Assembly: GCA_965261395.1 (NCBI GenBank)
Contig: OZ253462.1
Location: forward strand, 1,408,001-1,472,000
Source of the DNA: Candidatus Latescibacterota bacterium
GTDB lineage: Bacteria; Latescibacterota; UBA2968; UBA8231
DNA: 64,000 nucleotides
Direction of reading: 5' to 3'
Under the pieces are notes generated by a model, which was given only the letters and a program-made list of their open reading frames with translations, ran no database searches and was not told the origin of the DNA. Positions 1-10,098 of this stretch are shown here, piece by piece. The position numbers and the translations under genes were made by a program. Positions within the stretch are counted from its first letter, which is position 1, and every line of letters starts with the position of its first letter.

Positions 1-257
1 AAGTGATACAAAAGACGCAGCGTCAACGCCGTTTGGATGGCGACCTCCGAAAAGGTATATTGCGCCCCCCGCTGAGGCGGCCCTTGATAATACCAAGCTT
101 CGACGGCCTGGGGCGTGAACCACACCGTCAGACTACCGCGCTGTTGCAGCCCGGCCTCATAGTCGGCCCAATTACGTACCCGGTACACGACGTTGGAGCG
201 ACGGCGAGGCGAGCGACCAGGCTTGACGGAAGAGGGGCAAGACGATAGGTTGGCCAT
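1..257 (-). CDS. IS5/IS903-group transposase, N-terminal part (runs off the window)
   Basis: Manual translation MANLSS...VVYRVRNWADYEAGLQQRGSLTVWF...GPPQRGAQYTFSEVAIQTALTLR matches the YRVxNW..Y...L..RGSLTVW motif of IS903-type transposases. Confidence 0.85.
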   Translation of the reverse strand, partial: MANLSSCPSSVKPGRSPRRRSNVVYRVRNWADYEAGLQQRGSLTVWFTPQAVEAWYYQGPPQRGAQYTFSEVAIQTALTLRLLYH

Positions 258-377
258 GACAGGTTCCTTGGACGAGAAAGCATGGGTTTTTTGGCGAAAG
301 TCGTGCTCAATCTACTGAGGAGCCTGTTTTTATTCAACCGATCAACCGAAAAAAACACCAATTCATGCACCAAAGCC
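1..377 (-). mobile_element. IS5-family (IS903 group) insertion sequence, left end; continues beyond the window start
   Basis: Terminal IR GGCTTTGGTGCATGAAT on the - strand at 361-377; the transposase N-terminus reads on the - strand from 257 and resembles the transposase at 2510-3499. Confidence 0.85.
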
Positions 378-977
378 GATGAAATCCGTCAACCAGATAT
401 TGTGGTTCAACCCCGGTGCCTGCCACGTCACCTTATCGGGGTCCAGTCCGAGTGTGCGCGCCACACCTGCATAGCCGTAATGTCCGTGACACAACCCACA
501 CACCTTAATCCCAGTCTCCCGCGTCATCAATGTCGTTCCGTCAAAGACTGGATTGCCCGCTAACAAAACCCACGCATCGGGACACAACTTCTCCATGTCT
601 TTTGCTACATCCAACATCAGTTGCAAATTGTGATATTCGGGCATGCCGGTTCGGCCGTAAAAATAGCCGAGTTCGGCGGTCATGTTGCGCCGGCGCTGCA
701 TGAAATACTCATTGTGCGTTATTGTTGCTGTATTGATTACAAAATCAGCGTCTTTTAGCGCAGCTTCCTGATCCGTGGTTTTCTCAAACGTCATATCTGC
801 GCCTAAGTCCTCGGCATAGCGCCGCCCGAGTGCATAAATGACATCGAGCACTTCCTCGTTGATGTCCATAAAACAAACGTGGCTGCCGTTCAGCGCCTTG
901 GTCAGACACAAATCCTTCACCAGGCCGAGCGAAAACACCACGCTACCGGCACCAAAAATTGTCACCTTATTGGCCAT
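363..977 (-). pseudogene. GH4 family NAD-dependent alpha-glucosidase/alpha-galactosidase, 3'-truncated by the IS
   Basis: KVTIFGAGSVVF, ALKDADFVINTA, CPDAW..GNP, GLCHG and GLNHNIW are GH4 motifs; the native sequence stops at the IS end at 377, giving about half the normal length. Confidence 0.85.
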
Positions 978-1314
978 TGCACCTTCCTCGATGAAAAATA
1001 TCAACAGTAATCTAAGTTGTGGTATAGCCTTGATTTAAGTTTAGTATGTAATCACACACGATTGCAACTGACACCTATATACAAAGTCTACACGATTATA
1101 CATACATTGAAAAAAGCCCTCATGCAAGGACAAAGGAACGATCCCCTCGCGACGAGGAACCTAGGCTGGGCCACCATCGCTACCTTGAGCCAGTGGCTAT
1201 CTGGACGTTTACTGTGTTGAGGGCTATTATGAAGACCGGCCGTGGATTTCACCCAAAACCGCTTTTTTGTGGGAGTAGCCTTCGAGTTTTGACAAGGGAA
1301 GGAGCATTTATACA

Positions 1315-2455
1315 GTGACGGAACTGATGTGGCAGCAGAGTTTTTTGCGATTCGGCATTTGTGTGCTTTTGGCGGGGGTTCTCTGGTTCATGCCTATTCC
1401 CGCAGACTTGCCTGTCAAGGGTTGGCATGTCTTTGCAGTGTTTATCGCTGTGATTACGAGCTTTATTCTGCGTCCCTATCCTATTGGAGCGATGGTGATA
1501 TTCGGTTTGGTGTCACTGGCCGCTACTGGCATTATTACAACGCAGGAGGCGTTGGCTGGATATGGCGACCCAATGGTCTGGTTGATCGTCGCTGCTTTTT
1601 TGCTGGCGGGCGGTATTATCCGCACGGGATTGGGGCGGCGATTGGCGCTTTTGTTGGTCAGCCGCTTGGCGAAATCTCCCTTGGGATTGGGATACTCGAT
1701 CTGCGGTGCGGAGTTGTTACTGGGGCCAGTGGTGCCTTCAAACACCGCGCGCGGTGGCGGTATTTTAGCCCCCATCGTGCGCTCCTTGGCTGAAGCGTTG
1801 GACTCCTATCCGACGCGGCATCCCGAACGAGCGGGGACCTATCTTGCGCTGGTTGGCTCGCACGCCAATCTGATCACCGCGGCGATGTTTCTCACGGGCA
1901 TGGCGGCCAATCCAATGGTGGCGCAGGCTGCCAAAGCGGTGTTTGGCGTCACCTTTGATTGGGGAACGTGGGCGCTTGGGTCGTTGGTTCCGGGACTCGT
2001 CGGACTAGCCCTACTGCCGATATTTATTTTTCTGCTAGCAAAGCCGACACTGGCGGACACCCGTGCAGCGCAAGCTGTCGCGCAAAGAGATCTTGAGGAG
2101 ATGGGCAGGTGGAGCAGGGGCGAAAAGGTTATGGGGGTTGTGTTGCCGGTTTTGCTCCTATTGTGGGTGACCAAACCGCTTCATGGAATGCATACAACGT
2201 TGGTCGCTTGGATTGGTGTATCAATTCTGCTCATCACCAATACTGAAAAATGGCAGGATATGATGGCAAACGACAAAGCGTGGGAGACACTCATATGGAT
2301 TGGTGGTTTGCTGACTATGGCGAGAAGTCTCAAAGAGCACGGATTTATTGATTGGTTTGCCCAGGCCGTCGGCGCGTGGTTTGCCGATGTCAGTGGTATA
2401 ACGGTTGTCTTGGTTATGGCACTAATTTACTTCTATTCGATGTATAGTTTTTCGA
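1315..2455 (+). pseudogene. DASS family (CitT/TtdT-like) anion transporter, 3'-truncated by the IS
   Basis: Hydrophobic protein with VPSNTARGGGI, MFLTGMAANP and AWETLIWIG motifs; the frame runs into the IS IR at 2456. Confidence 0.85.
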
Positions 2456-3609
2456 GGCGTTGTTGCATGAATCATATCTGGGGTATCATGGTCGAATGTT
2501 GTTTTTTGTTCAGTTAATTTTTTCTACTCGATACGACTGGGGTTTGCCCAGATGGATCATTCGATTGAGGATGGCACAGCCCAAGCGACTTTCGACCTGT
2601 TGGTTAGCCCAGCTACGTGCCTTCAGCTTGTCGCCGATGAGGTGCTTATAGCGATAGATCTGCGTTTCAGCCAACGAGCGTCGATGATAGCCACTGGCCT
2701 GTTTCCACGCCTTGCGTCCCTGGTGTCGAATGGCTCGAAGGATCTCATCCCGTGCCAACGCGGGTGCCTTACAATTGCCATGCTGTTGGATCTTAGCGTC
2801 TTTGCGCAGCGCGATGAGGGGCCGAATCGCGGGACCACTCCGCGGCGTGGCCAACGCGTCGAAAACCTTACGTTTGTCGTATGCACCATCTCCACCTACT
2901 GCCCCCACCGCCTCGTCGACTTGGGTCAGCAAGGGGGCGACCTGCGAGGCATCATCGATCCGATGGGACGTCAACGTCTGGGCGACCACCTCGCCGGTGG
3001 CCTCGTGGACCCCCACATGCAGTTTGCGCCAAGTCCGCCGTTTGGTCCAGCCGTGTTGACGGACTTTCCACTCGCCCTCACCGTAGACTTTCAAGCCGGT
3101 CGAATCTACCACCAAGTGCATCGGTTTATCGGGGCACTTTCTCGGCAACACCACCGCCAAGTTCCCTTGGCGACGCGACAAGGTCGAGTAATCCGGCGTC
3201 GCCAAGTCCAACTGCATCAAGTCCAAAAGCGATTGGATAAAGCCCTGCGTCTGGCGCAACGGCAACCGAAGCAACACCCGCATCGTCAACATCCATTCAA
3301 TCGCTGGATCCGAATATACAAACGGAGCACCCCGTTGAGACGGCCCCTGATCATACCACTGCTTCCACAACGAATCGTCCAGCCAGACCGTCAGGCTACC
3401 ACGGGCGATCAACGCCCGATTATACGACGACCAATTCTGGACCCGATACACCGCTTTCGACTTGACCGAGGGCGAACCGCCCGATAGTTTGCTCATCACA
3501 GGCTCTCAGGGAAGAGAGGTACGTGTTTCTTGCTGGAAATCACGAACCAATCTAACTGGAGAGCCTGACTCAGTTCAAGACCCTAACACCGCTTTCATGC
3601 AACAACGCC
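2456..3609 (-). mobile_element. Complete IS5-family (IS903 group) insertion sequence
   Basis: Perfect terminal IRs GGCGTTGTTGCATGAA (2456-2471) and TTCATGCAACAACGCC (3594-3609) enclose a single transposase; no matching target-site duplication. Confidence 0.93.
2510..3499 (-). CDS. IS5 family transposase (IS903 group)
   Basis: VDSTGLKVYGEGEW, RRTWRKLH, GDGAYD and YHRRSLAET form the DDE motifs. Confidence 0.95.
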   Translation of the reverse strand: MMSKLSGGSPSVKSKAVYRVQNWSSYNRALIARGSLTVWLDDSLWKQWYDQGPSQRGAPFVYSDPAIEWMLTMRVLLRLPLRQTQGFIQSLLDLMQLDLATPDYSTLSRRQGNLAVVLPRKCPDKPMHLVVDSTGLKVYGEGEWKVRQHGWTKRRTWRKLHVGVHEATGEVVAQTLTSHRIDDASQVAPLLTQVDEAVGAVGGDGAYDKRKVFDALATPRSGPAIRPLIALRKDAKIQQHGNCKAPALARDEILRAIRHQGRKAWKQASGYHRRSLAETQIYRYKHLIGDKLKARSWANQQVESRLGCAILNRMIHLGKPQSYRVEKIN

Positions 3610-3815
3610 TCGTTCAAGTATCATTGCAAGCAGCCGAGCCTGAGATTCACTTAGAAGCAGGCTCCCTCGACATGGCTAGGTCTGGATTCTTGTACACCGT
3701 ACCTTCGGCTTCTTTTGAGCAGATCGACGATGAGCAGTGGATATCATATAGCTCCGTTGAACCATGCGACAAAGTTCGAATAAACCCCAAGGACTTTCTC
3801 CACTGGCTACGGTGA
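3610..3815 (+). pseudogene. C-terminal gene fragment left after the IS (5' end missing)
   Basis: Open frame ...FLYTVPSASFEQIDDEQWISYSSVEP...FLHWLR* begins at the IS end and does not continue the DASS gene. Confidence 0.4.
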
Positions 3816-3889
3816 GAACGCGTCTAAAGAGATTGCGCCTTAGCTCGAACCTCTGACAACCCACATCTCCGATTGAAAGGCAACTCCAA

Positions 3890-4669
3890 ATGCTGATAAT
3901 CGACACGCACTGCCACGCCGGTAACAACTGGTTTGAGCCCATCGAGACACTCGAATTCGAGATGGACCGCAACGGCGTTGACCAGGCCGTCCTCATCCAA
4001 CACGGCGGCACATACGACAACACCTACCTCCTCCAAGAAGCAGCCAAGCGACCGGGCCGGTTCAAAGTTGCGGTCCTCGTCGATCCCGGGTCCCGCGATC
4101 CACTCGGCGATCTTGCGCGGCTCGCAGCGCAAGGGGCCGCCGGTGTGCGCATTGCGCCGGGTGGCCAGTTCGCCAACGCTGGTCCTTACGACATGTGGCG
4201 CAGAGCCGGCGAACTTAGCCTCGTAGTCTCAAGCATCGGCAATGCATCCCAGTTCGCTGCCGACGGCTTCTCTCGCGTACTCGATGCCTGCCCCGACACG
4301 CACGTCATCCTCGAACACCTCGCAGGAGTGGGCATTGCCGAGCCGCCCTACGCCGACTACGTTGAGGCCCTGCAACAGGGCGAGCGCGACAACACCAGCA
4401 TCAAAGTCCCCGGCTTGGGCGAAATCTGCACCCGCCCGCCGCGCCTGCTGCCCGAGCTCGAATTCGACCATGTACCGCCATTTTTCGAGATGGCCAAGGA
4501 CGCGTTCGGCGTGCAACGCATGATGTGGGGCAGTGACTTCCCGCCCAGCGCTGGCAGAGAGGGCTACGCCAATGCGCTGCGCGGTGTCCTCAAGCATCCG
4601 GCCTTTGCCGACGGCGATGATATCGAGTGGGTCATGGGCAAGACCGCGGCGCGCGTGTGGGGATTCTAA
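3890..4669 (+). CDS. Amidohydrolase_2 family protein
   Basis: IIDTHCH metal motif, ILEHL and RMMWGSDFP. Confidence 0.9.
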   Translation: MLIIDTHCHAGNNWFEPIETLEFEMDRNGVDQAVLIQHGGTYDNTYLLQEAAKRPGRFKVAVLVDPGSRDPLGDLARLAAQGAAGVRIAPGGQFANAGPYDMWRRAGELSLVVSSIGNASQFAADGFSRVLDACPDTHVILEHLAGVGIAEPPYADYVEALQQGERDNTSIKVPGLGEICTRPPRLLPELEFDHVPPFFEMAKDAFGVQRMMWGSDFPPSAGREGYANALRGVLKHPAFADGDDIEWVMGKTAARVWGF

Positions 4670-4723
4670 GAATTGGGATACTGCGAGAAAATCTAACTTC
4701 CTTGTGGAAAATAACAGAGCGAA

Positions 4724-5347
4724 ATGGCCAAAGAAAAAAAGAAAACTACGCGCCAAGCGTATGGCATCACATTACTCAAAGCTGCTGACCCCCGGGTGCT
4801 AGCCCACAAAAAGAAGCACGAACCCTGCATCCACGGCGACAAATTCTGGAATTCGAGTTGGTGCGTGATGGACTTCCTCTCGCACCAGGGCCTGCTACCA
4901 AAGGCGCAGGTTTTGGATATCGGCTGCGGTTGGGGCCTCGCCGGGATATACTGCGCCAAAAACCACGGTGCCTGCGTCACGGCGATGGACGCGGATGCGG
5001 CGGTCTTTCCCTACTTGCAGCTACACGCCGAGATCAACGAAGTCGAGATAGAGACCTGGTGCTGCAAGTTTGAGAAAGTAAAAAGGAAAGACCTGCGACA
5101 AACCAACCTGATCATCGGGGCCGATATTTGCTTCTGGGACGAGATGGTCGAGCCGCTCTACAAGCTGATCAAAAAGGCGATCGGGGTCGGGGTCGGGCAG
5201 ATCATCATCGCCGACCCGGGCCGACCGCCCTTTCACTCGCTGAGCGAGCAGGTCATAGAGAAGCTCGGCGGCGAGCTCAAAGAATGGGAAATCGACGGCG
5301 AGGTCAAAGCCGACGCGTACCTGCTCATCGCGGGCACGCTGCCCTAG
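4724..5347 (+). CDS. Class I SAM-dependent methyltransferase (lysine/nicotinamide methyltransferase-like)
   Basis: VLDIGCGWGLAG motif I, IIGADICF and IIADPGR. Confidence 0.85.
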   Translation: MAKEKKKTTRQAYGITLLKAADPRVLAHKKKHEPCIHGDKFWNSSWCVMDFLSHQGLLPKAQVLDIGCGWGLAGIYCAKNHGACVTAMDADAAVFPYLQLHAEINEVEIETWCCKFEKVKRKDLRQTNLIIGADICFWDEMVEPLYKLIKKAIGVGVGQIIIADPGRPPFHSLSEQVIEKLGGELKEWEIDGEVKADAYLLIAGTLP

Positions 5348-6300
5348 AACCAGTTTCCTTTATCCACCACATTCACCAAGGCCTCGCCGCGGGCGAAGCG
5401 CTGGCAATTTTCCACCAGCAAGTCGCGTCGGCGCTCGGCCAAATAAGGACCGGCCGCGGCCACGTGCGGGGTCATCAGAAAGTTCGGGGCCGTCCACAGC
5501 GGGTGCTCTGGCGGCAGCGGCTCCTCCTCAAACACATCTAGGGCGGCACCGGCAATCTGGCCCTCGCGCAGGGCTTGGTCGAGGTCGGCCAACTTGACGT
5601 TCGCGCCGCGACCGATGTTGACGAAGTACGCGCTGGCTTTCATCTGCTCGAACTGGGCGCTGGTGAAAAAGCCTTCGGTCTGCGGCGTCTGCGGCGCGGT
5701 GACTAAAACGAAATCCGCCCTCGGCAGGAGTTGGTTGAGCGCGTCTGGGCGGTGTAATTCGTCAATGCCCGGCGGCGGCGACTCAACGCGGGGGTCGATG
5801 CCAACAGTCGTCATGCCCCAGTTCTTGCACTGGCGCGCGGTCTCTGCGCCAATCCCGCCGACGCCGACAATCAGCGCGGTGGCTTCGGGCAGGTAGGTCG
5901 CGGGACTCGATTCCCCGCCGCTGCGCCAATGGCCGGCGAACTGGTTGCGGAAGTAGTTGTGCATGCCGCGCGAGAGCGCCAGCACAAAGGCCATGATATG
6001 GGCCGAGATGTGGTCGTTGAAGATGCCGCGGAAATTGGTCACCACCACATCGCTGGCGATGAGTTCCGGGAAGTAATACCCCTTGGGCGGGCCAGCGGCT
6101 GGGGCGGCCAACCACTTGAGTTGGACGGCCGCGGCCAACAACTCCGGATCCAAAGTGCCGAAACAGGCTTGCGCTGTGGGAAGGGCAGCTAGGGCTTCGG
6201 CGCGGCTTTCGCATTGGACGATCTCCATCGTGGGGACCGCTTCGGACATGGCAGCGGCCAGATCGCTGGCGGGTGACAGAAAGACGAATTTGAAAGACAT
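5344..6300 (-). CDS. D-2-hydroxyacid dehydrogenase
   Basis: GVGGIG Rossmann motif, VNIGRG, AALDVFEEEPLP and TPHVA. Confidence 0.93.
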   Translation of the reverse strand: MSFKFVFLSPASDLAAAMSEAVPTMEIVQCESRAEALAALPTAQACFGTLDPELLAAAVQLKWLAAPAAGPPKGYYFPELIASDVVVTNFRGIFNDHISAHIMAFVLALSRGMHNYFRNQFAGHWRSGGESSPATYLPEATALIVGVGGIGAETARQCKNWGMTTVGIDPRVESPPPGIDELHRPDALNQLLPRADFVLVTAPQTPQTEGFFTSAQFEQMKASAYFVNIGRGANVKLADLDQALREGQIAGAALDVFEEEPLPPEHPLWTAPNFLMTPHVAAAGPYLAERRRDLLVENCQRFARGEALVNVVDKGNWF

Positions 6301-6382
6301 GTGGCTCCTTTCGTTGGTAGGTTAATTACAATCTAGCTAATCTTCGCATCTGACGCCTCTATGCGTATATTCTCGCAACATT

Positions 6383-7756
6383 TTGCTCACGCCAAGCCCT
6401 GAGTTGCGATCCGTGCAAGACGCCGCGGCCTTACTCTACAAAAAAGTTTCCCTGCCCGACGAGTTCGTCCGCCAGCGCACGGGCGGGGACATTCGCATCG
6501 GCGACCTGACTGGAGACGGGCAGGTCGATTTCCTCGTGTACAATTCCCTCGGGGGCATCAAGCCCTGCTTTCTAGGGGCCTTTTCGCTTGCTGGCGAGCC
6601 GCTTTGGGCGGTGGGAGATCGGGATTTCGCTGCGCTCGACGCGGACGAGCCGGGACGCCTCACGACGATTTCTCCCGACCGCCCGGGGCCAGTGGCTATC
6701 TGCGACATCGACCAAGACGGGCGGCAAGAGGTCCTCTGCTTCCTCATCGACCCCGGCGTGAAACGCACCAGCAAATGGAACCTCGCAGACGTGCACATCG
6801 CCATCCTCGACGGGCGCACGGGTGCGGTCAAACGCTGCGCCGCGCCCGAGGAACTGGCGCGCTGCAACGCCTACGCAGACGGGGAAATGCACATCCCCAA
6901 CTACGTGCATCAGCGGCTGCTGATCGCCAACTTCTCTGGGCACGACCAGCCACGCGATTTTGTCGTCAAGCTGGGCAGCGATGTCCTCGCGTTCAACGAC
7001 CGGCTCGAAGTGCTGTGGCACTATCGCAGCAAGTGGCATCGCTATCCGGAGCACGCGGCGTACATTCCGGCCGTCGGCGACCTAGATGGCGATGGGCGCG
7101 ACGAGGTCAACGGCGGGCACTTCGGCCTCGACCACGACGGAAGCGTATTGTGGGAAACCTTTTTGGGCGACCATGCAGACAGCGTGTTGGTGGATCGGTG
7201 GGGGACGGAACCAGCGGCCATTGTCTCGGGCGGCGGCCAAGTGCTCGACGGCAGCGGACGACGCCTGCTGCACTTGGGGGCGGACGTGGTGCCGCACGGG
7301 CAGGAGGTGCGCTACGGCAACTTGCGGCCCGAGCTACCGGGCCGCGAATTGGCCATCCGCTACAACGGGCACCATGCGGACGTGATGATCGTCGCGCACA
7401 GCGGCGCGGTGCTCAGCCGCTTCCAGGTGGGTGAGTCGCCGAATAACACGGGGATGGAAATCGTGCGCTGGAACGGGCCGGAGCAAGGGGACTTGCTGTA
7501 CAGTCCAGCGGCCCTCTTCAACGGCCGCGGCCACAAGGTCGCAACCTTTCCGGAGCTACCCGCACCGACCGGCGGCAAAATGGGCTGGTATCACTGCTTT
7601 CCGGCCGATGTCTGCGGCGACGAGCGCGAGGAAGTGGTGCTCTATGATCCATACAGCGATGCCGTGTACATCTACACGCCCGCGCCGCTCGACGAGAGCC
7701 GGTTTGACCGCTACCATCACGGCCCGCGCCAGTACAACGCACGGCTGCTCGATTGA
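6383..7756 (+). CDS. FG-GAP/beta-propeller protein, rhamnogalacturonan lyase family 11-like
   Basis: Repeated DxxGDG Ca-binding motifs (GDLTGDGQVD, DIDQDGRQE, GDLDGDGRDE, ADVCGDEREE) and a C-terminal YN motif. Confidence 0.65.
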   Translation: MLTPSPELRSVQDAAALLYKKVSLPDEFVRQRTGGDIRIGDLTGDGQVDFLVYNSLGGIKPCFLGAFSLAGEPLWAVGDRDFAALDADEPGRLTTISPDRPGPVAICDIDQDGRQEVLCFLIDPGVKRTSKWNLADVHIAILDGRTGAVKRCAAPEELARCNAYADGEMHIPNYVHQRLLIANFSGHDQPRDFVVKLGSDVLAFNDRLEVLWHYRSKWHRYPEHAAYIPAVGDLDGDGRDEVNGGHFGLDHDGSVLWETFLGDHADSVLVDRWGTEPAAIVSGGGQVLDGSGRRLLHLGADVVPHGQEVRYGNLRPELPGRELAIRYNGHHADVMIVAHSGAVLSRFQVGESPNNTGMEIVRWNGPEQGDLLYSPAALFNGRGHKVATFPELPAPTGGKMGWYHCFPADVCGDEREEVVLYDPYSDAVYIYTPAPLDESRFDRYHHGPRQYNARLLD

Positions 7757-7768
7757 CGGGGAGAGAGG

Positions 7769-9022
7769 ATGACGGAAAAGATCGACAAATTCCTGATCGT
7801 ATCCATCGACTGCTGGCGTCGCGATGCGCTGAGCCGGACGAACCCGAGGATGAACACGCCCAAATTCGATCTGCTGACTCGGGATTACGCCTTTGCTGAG
7901 CGCTACTTTGTCACCGCGCCGGCGACCCGCCCTTCGCACACCTCGCTGTTCACCGGGCTGTATCCTTTTGAGCACGGGCTTTTGGGGCAGACCTACTTGA
8001 AGATGTTCGCCGGCGTGGTCAACCTGTTCGACGTTTTTGCCGCGGCCGGGTACAGCGTCCGGGGATTTTCCGAGCGGCCGGATGTATTCCGCTTCCTCGA
8101 CTTCGCGCCTTTTATCGGGCCGGTCGATCCAGCGGCCTCCCAGCAGCACTTGGGGTCGCTCGAACGCTTGTGTACCGAATTGATCGAGCCGAGCGGGCCG
8201 CAGTTTAAATTCCTCCACTTTTGGTACACGCATGGCGGCTACGGCTTGGGCGACATACCCCATCCACCCAATCTGGGTCAGCTAGTGGCGGCTGGTCAGG
8301 TAGAAGAAGCTCTGCGCTACTACGAAGCGGCGGTGACCCACGTGCTGGAGTTTTCCCTCGTCGAGCTGCTCAAGCGCATCGACCTCGACGAGTGGGCGGT
8401 CTTTATCTGCGGCGATCACGGCGAGGGGTTTTGTCGGGAGGTTATGGCGCATGGCGACCGGCTGCATCCCAATGTGGTTCACGTGCCCATGCTGGCACAC
8501 GTGCCGGGCGGGTTCTCCTTTCCGCGCGATGGGGCCGTCTCCGCCATTGACCTCTTTCCGACCATCGCGGCGTTGGCCGACCTACCCACTGACTACCGGG
8601 GATTTGGACAAAACTGGCTGGAGCCGAGCGCGGCGTCGATTGATCGTTGGGTATTATCTGAGCTAGATAGCCTGTACGGCATTGGTTTTCTCAGCGCCGA
8701 CAATCTGCGCCTGCCCGAGGAGCGCGTCACCTCGCCTACGGCTATCGACGGCGAGGAAATAGCGCGCTATACCGAGGGCATCCGCGAGTGGTGCCTGTGC
8801 GATGGACGGCATTTCTACCGCGAGAACGAACAGACGGGCGCATACGTCCTGCGCGACCTGCGCCACGGCGACTTGGCTTGCGAGGATCCATCGTACTACC
8901 GCGCGCAATATCGCGCCTTGCGGGATCGCTCTGCTTATCAACAGATGCAGGCCCAAAGTGAGGCGGCTGGCGAAGCCGCGATCCTCAAAGAACGCCTGCG
9001 TGCCCTTGGGTATCTAGATTGA
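7769..9022 (+). CDS. Sulfatase-like hydrolase/transferase (alkaline phosphatase superfamily)
   Basis: IVSIDCWRRD, TRPSHTSLFTG, GDHGE, VHVPM and a C-terminal ERLRALGY. Confidence 0.85.
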   Translation: MTEKIDKFLIVSIDCWRRDALSRTNPRMNTPKFDLLTRDYAFAERYFVTAPATRPSHTSLFTGLYPFEHGLLGQTYLKMFAGVVNLFDVFAAAGYSVRGFSERPDVFRFLDFAPFIGPVDPAASQQHLGSLERLCTELIEPSGPQFKFLHFWYTHGGYGLGDIPHPPNLGQLVAAGQVEEALRYYEAAVTHVLEFSLVELLKRIDLDEWAVFICGDHGEGFCREVMAHGDRLHPNVVHVPMLAHVPGGFSFPRDGAVSAIDLFPTIAALADLPTDYRGFGQNWLEPSAASIDRWVLSELDSLYGIGFLSADNLRLPEERVTSPTAIDGEEIARYTEGIREWCLCDGRHFYRENEQTGAYVLRDLRHGDLACEDPSYYRAQYRALRDRSAYQQMQAQSEAAGEAAILKERLRALGYLD

Positions 9023-10098
9023 TCGCCGTGGCCAACCTATTCGTCTTATTGCTCGTTTTGGCCGGGTGCGGCAAGGACGCGGGCGTGGATAGCACCTCAG
9101 GCGACTGTGAAGGCAACGTTCTCCAAGGCAACCACATCGTGCGCTCGCGCGAAGACGCGGATGCGCTGGAGAAGGAGGGGCGGTGCAATTACACCATTGC
9201 TGGCGACCTCGAAATTACGCGCATAAACCTCGCCCTTTTTGAGGGCTTGAACCAACTCAGCGCCGTGGATGGCAACCTCACCATCCACGACAACGACGAC
9301 CTCAAAAACTTTGAGGGGCTGAACAACCTCGCCGCCGTGGGGGGGGACGTTACCATCTACGACAACGACGACCTCGTCGGTCTCACAGGGCTGTCCTTCC
9401 TCCACTCAATCGGCGGCCACCTCAGCGTCTCCCACAACGACAAGCTGATCGCCGTGGACGGCCTAATCAAACTCAACGCGATCGGCGGCAACGGGCGCAT
9501 TGATAACAACAACCAATTGGCCAATGTCGATGGCCTGTTCGGCCTCGCCACGGTCGGCGGCAGCTTCATCATCGCGTTCAACCCCTCTCTTGAGCTAATA
9601 GAGGACCTTTCGAATCTCAGTAGCGTCGGCGGCGACCTCGTCGTCGAGGACAACTTGTCCCTCACCGCGCTAGAAGATGTATCGTCTCTAAAGGAGATTG
9701 GCGGCAGCTTGCGCATTGGACGCAATGCCGCGTTAGACATGGTCGAGGACGTATCCAGCTTAACCCAGATCGGCCAAGACCTGAGCATTTACAGCAATCA
9801 ACGGCTGACGAGCATTGCCGGGCTGGCGAGTCTTAGCCGCGTCGGCGGCGACCTCAACATTTACAACAACAACAAACTGACCACTTTGACGGGGTTGGAA
9901 AGCCTTGAGCAGATCGCCCAAGACCTCAACATCTACAACAACGAAAAACTGTCTAGCCTCGCGGGGCTGGCCAACCTCGTCGGTATTGGGCGCAACGTAC
10001 TCATCGTCGACAACGGCAACTTACCTACCAGCGAAGCCCAAGCCTTGGCCGATCAAGCTGCGGCGGGCGAGGTATCCATCGCCGACAACGCGAATTAA
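9019..10098 (+). CDS. Receptor L-domain repeat lipoprotein
   Basis: LAGC lipobox followed by about 11 repeats of 25 aa (LxxVGGDLxIxxNxxL). Confidence 0.8.
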   Translation: MIAVANLFVLLLVLAGCGKDAGVDSTSGDCEGNVLQGNHIVRSREDADALEKEGRCNYTIAGDLEITRINLALFEGLNQLSAVDGNLTIHDNDDLKNFEGLNNLAAVGGDVTIYDNDDLVGLTGLSFLHSIGGHLSVSHNDKLIAVDGLIKLNAIGGNGRIDNNNQLANVDGLFGLATVGGSFIIAFNPSLELIEDLSNLSSVGGDLVVEDNLSLTALEDVSSLKEIGGSLRIGRNAALDMVEDVSSLTQIGQDLSIYSNQRLTSIAGLASLSRVGGDLNIYNNNKLTTLTGLESLEQIAQDLNIYNNEKLSSLAGLANLVGIGRNVLIVDNGNLPTSEAQALADQAAAGEVSIADNAN

